Shown one piece after another: positions 11,112 to 19,134 of a DNA stretch of 64,000 nt. Location: contig CAXXHB010000003.1 in assembly GCA_963664815.2 (NCBI GenBank), positions 1 through 64,000 on the forward strand, read 5' to 3'. The stretch is from Spirochaetota bacterium. GTDB taxonomy: Bacteria > Spirochaetota > UBA4802 > UBA5550. The position numbers and the translations under genes were made by a program. The notes below the pieces were generated by a model. It did not search any database. It had not been told where the DNA came from and was given only the letters and a program-made list of their open reading frames with translations. Numbering within the stretch: the stretch's first letter is position 1; each line of letters starts with the position of its first letter.

Positions 11112-11220
11112 GAGCCGGGCATCTCGATAAGATTCCGGTGCCTCGATACACCGACGAGGTCGGCACTCGGCAACCGGAATCACACATTCGACTGGGCTCA
11201 GTGCGGCGCTCGATGACCGG
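11112..11220 (+). repeat. REP-like composite palindrome A1
   Basis: 109 bp, 8 differences from 11887-11995; outer CGGGCATC...GATGACCG stem with nested hairpins. Confidence 0.9.
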
Positions 11221-11346
11221 TGGATTGTATCGAGGGGCCCGAATGGAGCAAAGTGATTACCAGGTTCCAATACTTGAAGTGGCGGGATCGTCGAGTACGG
11301 TTGATGATATACTGAAGATGGAAGCACTGTCAAAAGATAAGCTGCA

Positions 11347-11422
11347 GAGCCGGGCATCTCGGTACACCGCCTTGTAGCGGCTCATAAAACTTGAAGTATT
11401 TCAGGCGGCACTCGATGACCGG
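11347..11422 (+). repeat. REP-like palindrome C
   Basis: GAGCCGGGCATCTCGGTACA-CCGCCT...AGGCGG-CACTCGATGACCGG, same termini as A1/A2. Confidence 0.85.
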
Positions 11423-11467
11423 ACTTATTGTGAGAAGTACAGTAGTGGCATTTATTGGTTTGCGTTG

Positions 11468-11545
11468 AGGCGGTCATCGAGTGACAGCGCGAAGAAGTGA
11501 GGGCTATTGCGGCGAGTTTATTGCGCTGTTGTATCGAGATGCTCG
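11468..11545 (-). repeat. REP-like palindrome B1, inverted relative to A/C
   Basis: CGGTCATCGAGTG-ACAGCGC...GCGCTGT-TGTATCGAGATGCTCG. Confidence 0.85.
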
Positions 11546-11592
11546 CATGCAAAACATAAGGTTTTGACAGTGCCGCATGGAGCAATATAATT

Positions 11593-11874
11593 ATGGCTTA
11601 CATGTACATACTTAAATGTGACGATGGAACGTTTTATACAGGCAGTACTGTTGATCTGGCTAAACGTTTTGAACAGCACCAGGCAGGTGAAGGTGCAAAT
11701 TATACAGCAAGACGTATTCCGGTTGAACTTGTTTACTATGAAGTTTATGAATCTGTTGCTGATGCTTTTAAAAGAGAGAAGCAAATTCAGAACTGGAGCC
11801 ATGCTAAAAAGAGGGCGCTGATAGAAGAAAATTATTGTGATCTGAGTATTCTGGCGAAGAAGAAGTTTGAGTGA
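11593..11874 (+). CDS. Small stand-alone GIY-YIG nuclease (UPF0213/YhbQ-YazA-like)
   Basis: YMYIL...FYTGST, catalytic Arg (KRFEQH), GANYT, REKQIQNWSHAKK; GGAG RBS. Confidence 0.92.
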   Translation: MAYMYILKCDDGTFYTGSTVDLAKRFEQHQAGEGANYTARRIPVELVYYEVYESVADAFKREKQIQNWSHAKKRALIEENYCDLSILAKKKFE

Positions 11875-11886
11875 AATTGATGCGGT

Positions 11887-11995
11887 GAGCCGGGCATCTC
11901 GGTACGATTCCGTTGCCTCGATACACCGACGAGGTCGGCACTCGGCAAACGGAATCACACATTCGGCTGGGCTCAGTGCACCGCTCGATGGCCGG
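11887..11995 (+). repeat. REP-like composite palindrome A2
   Basis: Direct copy of 11112-11220 with a compensatory stem change. Confidence 0.9.
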
Positions 11996-12040
11996 ATTTT
12001 TAGTATCAAGTTAATGAATCACCTTTACTTGTTTAAATTA

Positions 12041-12118
12041 AGGCGGTCACCGAGTGACAGCGCGAATGAGTAAAGGTTATAGTGGTGAGTTCGGTGCGCT
12101 GTTGTACCGAGGTGCCCG
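12041..12118 (-). repeat. REP-like palindrome B2
   Basis: Same length (78 bp) and same stems as B1; loop diverged. Confidence 0.85.
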
Positions 12119-12415
12119 AATGAGAACAGAATGAGTTTTGAGTTTTATAAAAAGTGTGGATTTTTTCCTGCAGGAAAGCAGATTGATGAGAAGATGGGGG
12201 AGTGGAGATATTGATGAGGTTGACGTATCAGGTTTTATCCAAAAGCAATAATTGAAAAAGCATGCGGTTCTTTAAAGGGGAGCAGGTTTAATACAGATAC
12301 TTTATTAAAACAAAAAGCAGATAGATAAGGAGCTTGAACGTTGAAGGAAGTATATTTTCTTGATGCCTGTTCCGTTATCACCTGAAGAATCTGTAATATA
12401 ACAAAGGCGGTTAAA

Positions 12416-12745
12416 ATGATTTCAAACGAAATGATTATACAGAGAATGAAAGAATCAATCATATCAGCCCTTGGAGGCAGAATAAAAAAAGTATTATTAT
12501 ATGGTTCTGTGGCTCGGGGTGATAATACGGCAGAATCTGATGTCGATTGTATTCTGATTGTTGATGATATAGATACTCATGTTAATGATGCCATCGATGA
12601 ATTCTCCGCGAATATGCTGATTAATTATAGCACAGTATTTTCCATTGTACCGGTTAAAGAAGAAAACTTTGATAACTGGAAATATAATCCTTTGTTTATT
12701 AATGTAAACAGGGATGGAGTGGTCTTATGGCAGAAATCAGCCTGA
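12416..12745 (+). CDS. Minimal nucleotidyltransferase (MNT) antitoxin
   Basis: LYGSVARGD...SDVD motif; C-terminal INVNRDGVVL. Confidence 0.88.
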   Translation: MISNEMIIQRMKESIISALGGRIKKVLLYGSVARGDNTAESDVDCILIVDDIDTHVNDAIDEFSANMLINYSTVFSIVPVKEENFDNWKYNPLFINVNRDGVVLWQKSA

Positions 12746-12905
12746 AAGAACAACTTACACTTATAGAGAACGTCATATCGGAGATTACGATTTTATAAGC
12801 ATGATAAGCCGTGAAGATGCAGAAAAGGATTTTGAAGTAGCAACTGAGCTTGTAACATCAATTAAGAAGTTTCTTGATGATCAAGAATATATTACATCGA
12901 ATTGA
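12727..12905 (+). pseudogene. HEPN toxin, internally deleted and frameshifted
   Basis: ATG at 12727 overlapping the MNT end (MAEISLKEQLTL); HEPN C-terminus RHIGDY...EDAE...IKKFL follows in another frame with the middle missing. Confidence 0.7.
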
Positions 12906-13160
12906 TGAAAACGCATTATATATTCCACCTCCAAACAATTCGTGAATATAATCATATATCTCCCGGTGACTGAGTGTGTGATGACAGTGATATACTCTAT
13001 CATGATTTAATTTTCGATACTGGCCGGTAAATCCTGCTCATCCTGTAATCATGAAAATCATGGTTAAGACAGTATAAAACATTAAGGAAATTGTTGACGA
13101 ATCTGAAGATACGGGTGATGATCCAGGTATTGCTGAATCCATTATAGGGGATGTTGTTTA

Positions 13161-14624
13161 ATGGTTTTTTTAAATGAATCGGAACTTGTAAGCCTTTTTA
13201 AGGAACTCAGAATGCTCCCATCTGAAGCAGAATGGGTTGAGTTTAAACAGGACAATACCAATCCCGTAGAGATCGGAGAATACATTTCCGCATTGTCCAA
13301 TTCCGCTGCAATGTGTGGTAAAACCTCGGCATACCTTGTATGGGGCATTGATGATAAAACGCATGAAGTTACAGGCACCACTTTTAAGCCTGCTTTAAAA
13401 AAAACCGGCGGCGAGGAATTAGAAAACTGGCTGCTCAGGCTGCTTTCCCCCAAGATCAATTTCAGGTTCTATGAAGCCGAAGTTGAAGGTAAAAATGTGG
13501 TGGTTTTAGAGATCGCCAGGGCTTTTCGTCACCCGGTGCAATTCCAGGGCAATGAATACATCAGAATCGGATCATATAAAAGAAAATTGAAAGACTTCCC
13601 TGATAAAGAGAGAGAACTCTGGCGGATTTTTGATTCCATAACCTTTGAAGAGGATATAGCATCATCAAATCGTTCTGCCGATGAGGTGCTGCAGCTTCTT
13701 GATTATCCCTCCTACTTTGATCTTCTTGGTATTCATCTCCCTGATAGAAAAGAGGGTATTCTTGACGCCCTGTGCATCGAAAGGATGATAAATAAGAATG
13801 ACAGGGGCTTGTGGGATATTACAAATCTTGGAGCAATACTTTTTGCAAAGAAGATTGAAAATTTCGATTCGATTAAAAGAAAAGCTGTCCGCGTAATTGT
13901 ATATAAAGGTTCAGGCAGGGTTGATACAATAAGGGAACAGAAGGGTAACAAGGGGTATGCCTCCGGTTTTGAAGGTCTTATTCAGTTTATTAATACACTG
14001 CTCCCGATGAATGAAGTGATTGAAAAGGCTTTAAGGAAAAATGTAACAATGTATCCTGAAATTTCTGTCAGAGAACTTGTGGTCAACGCAATAATACACC
14101 AGGATTTCTATATTACAGGGGCAGGTCCAATGATTGAGATATTCGACGACAGGATGGAGATTACAAATCCCGGCAAACCTCTGGTCGCTACAGACAGGTT
14201 TCTTGATAGTCCTCCGCGATCGAGAAATGAAATGCTGGCGTCATTTATGCGGAGAATCGGTGTCTGCGAGGAGAGAGGGAGCGGTATTGATAAAGTTATA
14301 TTTCAGACTGAGCTGTATCAGCTTCCGGCGCCAGTATTTGAAACGACTGATGATAATACGCGGGCAATACTTTTTTCCCATAAATCCTTTTCCGATATGA
14401 ATAGAGAAGACCGTATAAGAGCATGTTATCAGCATTCCTGTCTCAAGTATGTTTCACGGCAGTATATGACAAATACCAGTCTACGTGAGCGCTTTGGCAT
14501 AAAAGAGCAGAACAGTGCTATGGCATCACGTATTATAAAAGATACTGTAGAGAAAAATCTCATACATCTGTCTGATCCTGAAGCATCAAGGAAATACACA
14601 AAATATGTGCCGTACTGGGGTTAA
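13161..14624 (+). CDS. AlbA_2 (Schlafen-like) + HATPase_c_4 (RecG-C-like) + HTH protein
   Basis: EWVEFK...ISALSN...LVWGIDD; RELVVNAIIHQD, EITNPG, SRNE, CEERGSGIDK; C-terminal MTNTSLRERF...YVPYW. Confidence 0.88.
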   Translation: MVFLNESELVSLFKELRMLPSEAEWVEFKQDNTNPVEIGEYISALSNSAAMCGKTSAYLVWGIDDKTHEVTGTTFKPALKKTGGEELENWLLRLLSPKINFRFYEAEVEGKNVVVLEIARAFRHPVQFQGNEYIRIGSYKRKLKDFPDKERELWRIFDSITFEEDIASSNRSADEVLQLLDYPSYFDLLGIHLPDRKEGILDALCIERMINKNDRGLWDITNLGAILFAKKIENFDSIKRKAVRVIVYKGSGRVDTIREQKGNKGYASGFEGLIQFINTLLPMNEVIEKALRKNVTMYPEISVRELVVNAIIHQDFYITGAGPMIEIFDDRMEITNPGKPLVATDRFLDSPPRSRNEMLASFMRRIGVCEERGSGIDKVIFQTELYQLPAPVFETTDDNTRAILFSHKSFSDMNREDRIRACYQHSCLKYVSRQYMTNTSLRERFGIKEQNSAMASRIIKDTVEKNLIHLSDPEASRKYTKYVPYWG

Positions 14625-14854
14625 ATCTTATTTGATGGCATTTTGACTGAAGCAGGATAATATGTGTGCAATTATTGTTAAAATGTACAGAAAATGGCAT
14701 GTTTAAACCATATTTTGCAGGTTGCTTATTTGATTGTCATTTGATTCAACGGGAATAAGAGTTTTTCATGATTGAATATCCAGAAAATGATCTTCTGAAA
14801 TCCAATGCGCATCCATGTGCCATACCTGTTGCCTTCAAAAACAAATCAGGCATT

Positions 14855-15214
14855 TCAGTTTGTTGAATTTTTATCATTAAGCAGATGAATTGAAGGTATC
14901 CGCTTAATCTCCTCCGGAACATCCGGGTTGTTATAAATAAAATCTTTCAGATTTTCCCTGGCCATTCTGTCCCCGGGGAGATATTCCAGAGCTTTTTCCC
15001 ATGCCGGCTTGGCATTAATATAATCCTTCTGATAATAATATATCGAACCGAGATTGTTCCATACTTCATTAAGGTGAAATCTGTCGCCATCCGGATAGTT
15101 GTCGATAGCAATCCTGTAATGCTTTATTGAATCATCATAGCTGCCGGCATCTCTAAATTGTATACCTTTGATATAGTTTGCGCGCGTTCTTCGGCATGCA
15201 TCGGAACTGAGTAG
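14855..15214 (-). pseudogene. TPR-protein 3' fragment lacking a start codon
   Basis: 119-codon open frame missed by the ORF track: ANYIKGIQFRDAGSYDDSIKHYRIAI...EVWNNLGSIYYYQKDYINAKPAWEKALEYLP. Confidence 0.7.
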
Positions 15215-15517
15215 CTATGACTGCTGTTTTTTAAAATGTAATACAACAGAACCGATGATATCCTTTTTGTCAATGGCGCCTATTTTTTCTGTAGTCAGGC
15301 TTAAAGGATTGGTACCTTTAAAAAAATATTTTTTGTCAGTATGGTCAATCTCTGCAACCTTTTTTATTAAAAGACCATATCTCTGCGATTTAAAAACAAG
15401 CACGGAGTTTACCTTTACCATCCCCATCAGTAAAGGCAAACGGCTTGTTATTACATAGTCTCCGTTATGGTATTCAGGGGACATGCTGTCCCCTTCTACT
15501 TTTATTATCCTGAACAT
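15215..15517 (-). CDS. sodX: Ni-SOD maturation peptidase (S24/S26 family)
   Basis: VEGDSMSP...GDYV and LIKKV catalytic Ser/Lys motifs; translationally coupled to sodN. Confidence 0.88.
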   Translation of the reverse strand: MFRIIKVEGDSMSPEYHNGDYVITSRLPLLMGMVKVNSVLVFKSQRYGLLIKKVAEIDHTDKKYFFKGTNPLSLTTEKIGAIDKKDIIGSVVLHFKKQQS

Positions 15518-16014
15518 TAAAGCTCGGGATAGATAAATTCCATGTTCGGAGCATACGGGGCTTTAGCCCTCTTTGTCTTTATCCCCTTTATCTCCCAGAA
15601 GATTTCTGCAAACCTGTTTACCCTGTCCAGCAGTTCAACAGCTGTGCCTTTATCTGATTTCTGCTTATCGGCTGAGCCAAGCTGCATGATCTTATGAAAA
15701 AGCAAAGGGAGTTCGGGGAATTTTTCAAGATGTTCACCTTTCATAAAATCGCCGTATATAACCCGGATTTCATGCTTTACTTTTTCAGAATGCTCCTCTT
15801 TTGCATTGATCAGTCTCACAAGGCGATTGTAAAACTCTTTATCCTGAACTGTACTGTGCGAGAAATGTTCGTCAATAAGGTCAGTCATCCGTATTACTGT
15901 CAGTGCGGCTATTTGAGCAGTAATTGGATCGTATATTCCGCAGGGTATATCACAATGTGCTTTCGCAGAGGTGAAGTTAAATATTTTGTTGAGAAAATTA
16001 ATAATATGGTACAT
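15517..16014 (-). CDS. sodN: Nickel-containing superoxide dismutase precursor
   Basis: Leader followed by Ni-hook HCDIPCGIYDP; KEEH and FAEIFW motifs. Confidence 0.96.
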   Translation of the reverse strand: MYHIINFLNKIFNFTSAKAHCDIPCGIYDPITAQIAALTVIRMTDLIDEHFSHSTVQDKEFYNRLVRLINAKEEHSEKVKHEIRVIYGDFMKGEHLEKFPELPLLFHKIMQLGSADKQKSDKGTAVELLDRVNRFAEIFWEIKGIKTKRAKAPYAPNMEFIYPEL

Positions 16015-16243
16015 GATAAAGCTCCTTTTAAAGATATTTAGATTTTAATTAAATATACATAAAAATTACTATTTAGGGGAGTATTTTATTTTTTAAAAGC
16101 ATTTTTCAGAAATTTTATAATATCATGATCTGTCTTTGTATAAAATAAAAAGCCTTGATTTTTTTATATATTTTTTTATTCTAAATAAATAAAAATACAT
16201 AAAGCGAGTAAATATTAATGTCATACTTGTGCAGAAGTAAAAT

Positions 16244-16690
16244 ATGAAAGATGCATTTTTTCCCGGGCTGGTGCTTTTTCTGCAATTCTCACTTTTTGTA
16301 AATATCCAGTTTATTAAATCTTATATAACCACAAGGAAAGATGAGAATTACAACAGACTGATAACAATAACTGTCTTCAACCTTCTTTTAGGAATGGTTA
16401 TTCTTTTTATCATGATGTATTCTCCGGATATTGTGACAAAATTCAGAATGCAGTCCATGATGGTTCCTGAATCCGGACTTATATTTTTACTCCTTGTATT
16501 TATTAAAACACGTATTGCAATAGGAATTATCAAAAGGTCTAAAGACCCGGAATTCTTTGATATAAGTTTTTTCGGGAAAAAAGTATACAAACCCGGGATT
16601 GTCAAAAAAAGCGAGGTTGCGATATATATATTTACTATGCCCTTTACTCTGATAACCGGGGCGTATTTTCTTGCCAATGTTTTTGTCTGA
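16244..16690 (+). CDS. Hypothetical membrane protein
   Basis: Four hydrophobic segments; 3' end overlaps the convergent receptor gene. Confidence 0.7.
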   Translation: MKDAFFPGLVLFLQFSLFVNIQFIKSYITTRKDENYNRLITITVFNLLLGMVILFIMMYSPDIVTKFRMQSMMVPESGLIFLLLVFIKTRIAIGIIKRSKDPEFFDISFFGKKVYKPGIVKKSEVAIYIFTMPFTLITGAYFLANVFV

Positions 16691-18935
16691 TCGGGTCTTC
16701 TGCGGATTTATTGTTAAGGTACTTGGTAAGCATTACATGATTACCTTTTTTATTATAAGTTACATCATCGAAAGCGTTTTTTGTCATAGTGATACCCCTT
16801 CCATGAGCAAGGTAATTCCCATTAATTACATCGTGATCTGCATTGATATATTGTTCATGGTTGAAGCCCTCACCTTCATCGGATATAATGTAAATTACGC
16901 GCTCGCTGTTTACTGAATATTCTATATGCACCTTTTTGTTAATATTCTGAGCCTCAAGCTGCCTCTTCTTGATAATATCAAAGTAGTTGTCATTTAACAT
17001 TGAATTTGTTTTATCTTCAAATGTTACGCCAAGATTACCATGCTCAATGGAGTTTATAATTATCTCCCTGAGAGCTATCTGTATCATTTTGATGCTTCCT
17101 GTATCAAGATACTTTTTAAGATTTCTTGTAATACGATGTGTTATTTCGTCGGCTGTAATAAGATAGTTCCCGATAGAATATCTCTGTTTTTCAGATTCAA
17201 AGTATTTAAGCAGGGAGTCATCCAGGATGTTTGATGCTTTTCCGAGTATTTCATTTTTGCCTGAAAGGTTTATGTATTCAAGATGAACCTGCATTTCCTT
17301 AGGCTCAGTGATGATGGGAGAGTAAAATGAAGTTTTAAAAACAATCGGTTTTTTTTCTTTTATAAAATCATCGAGCTTCTCCTTAACTAGCATTGACGAA
17401 ACATGCTGCTCTCTTTCATCCTTGTATATAAGCTCAAGAAAATTCAGGCCCTGTATTCTGTCAGGGTTTAATCTTAGCTCATTTGCTATAGCATAATTTG
17501 AAGTGATGAAGTTCAGATTTTCATCAAGGGTGAAGATGATATCGCTGGAACCTTCAACCAGCAGGCGGTATTTTTCCTCTGAAAGGGAGAGGAGCCTGTG
17601 GGCCTCTTCTATCTCCTCTTTGGATTTATTAAGACTTGAAACCATAATCTGCTGTGAATTTATAACTTCCTGCTGGGCATCCTCTTTTTCCTTTTTCATT
17701 ATGTTTATTTTGTCGGCAAGGGCTATAGACAGGAGAATCATCTCAAGCCCGGAACCAATCTGTAATCCGTATTCTGTAATAAAGTTATGAGGGAGAAGTC
17801 CCATTACGCGAAGAGTGGAGAGAATCACTCCGACAAAGAAAGCGGTCCAGGCGATCAGGTAGAATCTGGCTGATCTGTTTCCGCGTTTCAGGCATATTAC
17901 AGCAGCGGGGATTCCGGTAAAGATCATCACAAGTGGCAGAATCTGCCCGGCAAGGATTGTTATGGAATAATCAACAAAAAGAGAGCATACAACAAGAAGA
18001 AAACTTGCACCCATAAGAGACTGCATAATTTTATTAATACGCGGAATGATAACCGGCATGTTTAAAAATTTTATCGAAAAATACGATCCGAACAGGGCAC
18101 TCATCCCTATGAAAAAAGGATTAGCATGTATTCCCCACCATGGATAATCAGGCCAGAGATACTGCACAGCAAGCCCGTTCATTGCCATCTGGAACAGACC
18201 GAAGAAAGCTATGTATAAAATGTAGATCAGATAATTCCTGTCCCTTGTAAAAATGAAAATAAAGAAGTTATAAAGAATCATCACCAGTATAATTCCGTAA
18301 TAGATACCGAACAGGAAGTGTTCTATCTGTATTCTCTCGTTCAAATAATCAGTATTCCATATATTGATAGGAAATATCATTCCATCGTCAGTTTCTATTC
18401 TTAGCAGGACTGTTAGTTTTTCATCTGGTTTTATTTTAAAGGGGAATATAAAATTCCTGTGTTCAACAATGCGGTTTTTAAAAGAGAAGTTCCGCCCCGA
18501 AATTTCATGCTGTATAAGATCATGATGCCCGTTGTTGATTGAAAAAATGTAAAGCTGAATATTATCCAGCAGAGGAAAAGCGACTTCAAGAGCTTTTGAA
18601 AAGTCATTCAGAGTATTGTTGTTAAGATTGAATCTTACCCAGTATGCAGATTTAGTAAATCCGTAATTGGGTATCATGCTTTTTACAGACTTAAAGCTTT
18701 TATCATAATCCCCCGAAAGAATTGAATAGACATTAATATTCCCTGCCTTGTCTTCGAGGGTTTCGCATCTGTTTCCTAAAAAAATTTTTGCATCATTGTT
18801 TTTAATTGATAACTCTTCCACGGCGGAAAGGGGTGTGGTTAAAAAAAGTATAATAAAAAGCATTGAAAAGGAACAGAGCTTTTTTAATAATCCGGGAATA
18901 TCAGAAATCATAGAATTTATCCATAAATAAATCAA
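16644..18935 (-). CDS. 7TM-DISM receptor with PAS and anti-sigma-factor-type ATPase (HATPase_c_2) domain
   Basis: NYGFTKSAYW DISMED2 motif, 7 TM helices, EEKYRLLVE PAS entry, EIIINSIEHGN...DEGEGF...HGRGI; no H-box. Confidence 0.85.
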   Translation of the reverse strand: MIYLWINSMISDIPGLLKKLCSFSMLFIILFLTTPLSAVEELSIKNNDAKIFLGNRCETLEDKAGNINVYSILSGDYDKSFKSVKSMIPNYGFTKSAYWVRFNLNNNTLNDFSKALEVAFPLLDNIQLYIFSINNGHHDLIQHEISGRNFSFKNRIVEHRNFIFPFKIKPDEKLTVLLRIETDDGMIFPINIWNTDYLNERIQIEHFLFGIYYGIILVMILYNFFIFIFTRDRNYLIYILYIAFFGLFQMAMNGLAVQYLWPDYPWWGIHANPFFIGMSALFGSYFSIKFLNMPVIIPRINKIMQSLMGASFLLVVCSLFVDYSITILAGQILPLVMIFTGIPAAVICLKRGNRSARFYLIAWTAFFVGVILSTLRVMGLLPHNFITEYGLQIGSGLEMILLSIALADKINIMKKEKEDAQQEVINSQQIMVSSLNKSKEEIEEAHRLLSLSEEKYRLLVEGSSDIIFTLDENLNFITSNYAIANELRLNPDRIQGLNFLELIYKDEREQHVSSMLVKEKLDDFIKEKKPIVFKTSFYSPIITEPKEMQVHLEYINLSGKNEILGKASNILDDSLLKYFESEKQRYSIGNYLITADEITHRITRNLKKYLDTGSIKMIQIALREIIINSIEHGNLGVTFEDKTNSMLNDNYFDIIKKRQLEAQNINKKVHIEYSVNSERVIYIISDEGEGFNHEQYINADHDVINGNYLAHGRGITMTKNAFDDVTYNKKGNHVMLTKYLNNKSAEDPIRQKHWQENTPRLSE

Positions 18936-19134
18936 ATTAATATCAATTTATTTTAATTTTGGATTATGTAAAGATTTTTTTATGTTAAAGAAACAATGCG
19001 GTTTTTTTCAGCACAATTTTACAGAAAAAGGGATGCGGCAAAATATAAGTCTCATTGGCAGTGCTTTTAATAATTTGTTATACTCTAAAAAGCATTTAAA
19101 ACTGTCTTACTCTGTACGAAGATCTTTATTTACT

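Noticed and set aside
11034-12073. ORFs 11034-11357, 11138-11377, 11382-11585, 11518-12009, 11618-11821 and 11867-12073
   Set aside because: They are translations of the GC-rich repeats or shadows of the nuclease gene; the same peptide recurs in them because the DNA is repeated.
11112-12118. CRISPR array
   Set aside because: Repeats are 75-109 bp, in both orientations, irregularly spaced and internally variable; no cas genes are present.
11112-12118. Classical IS element or integron attC cassette
   Set aside because: No transposase or integrase, no target-site duplication seen, and no RYYYAAC/GTTRRRY ends.
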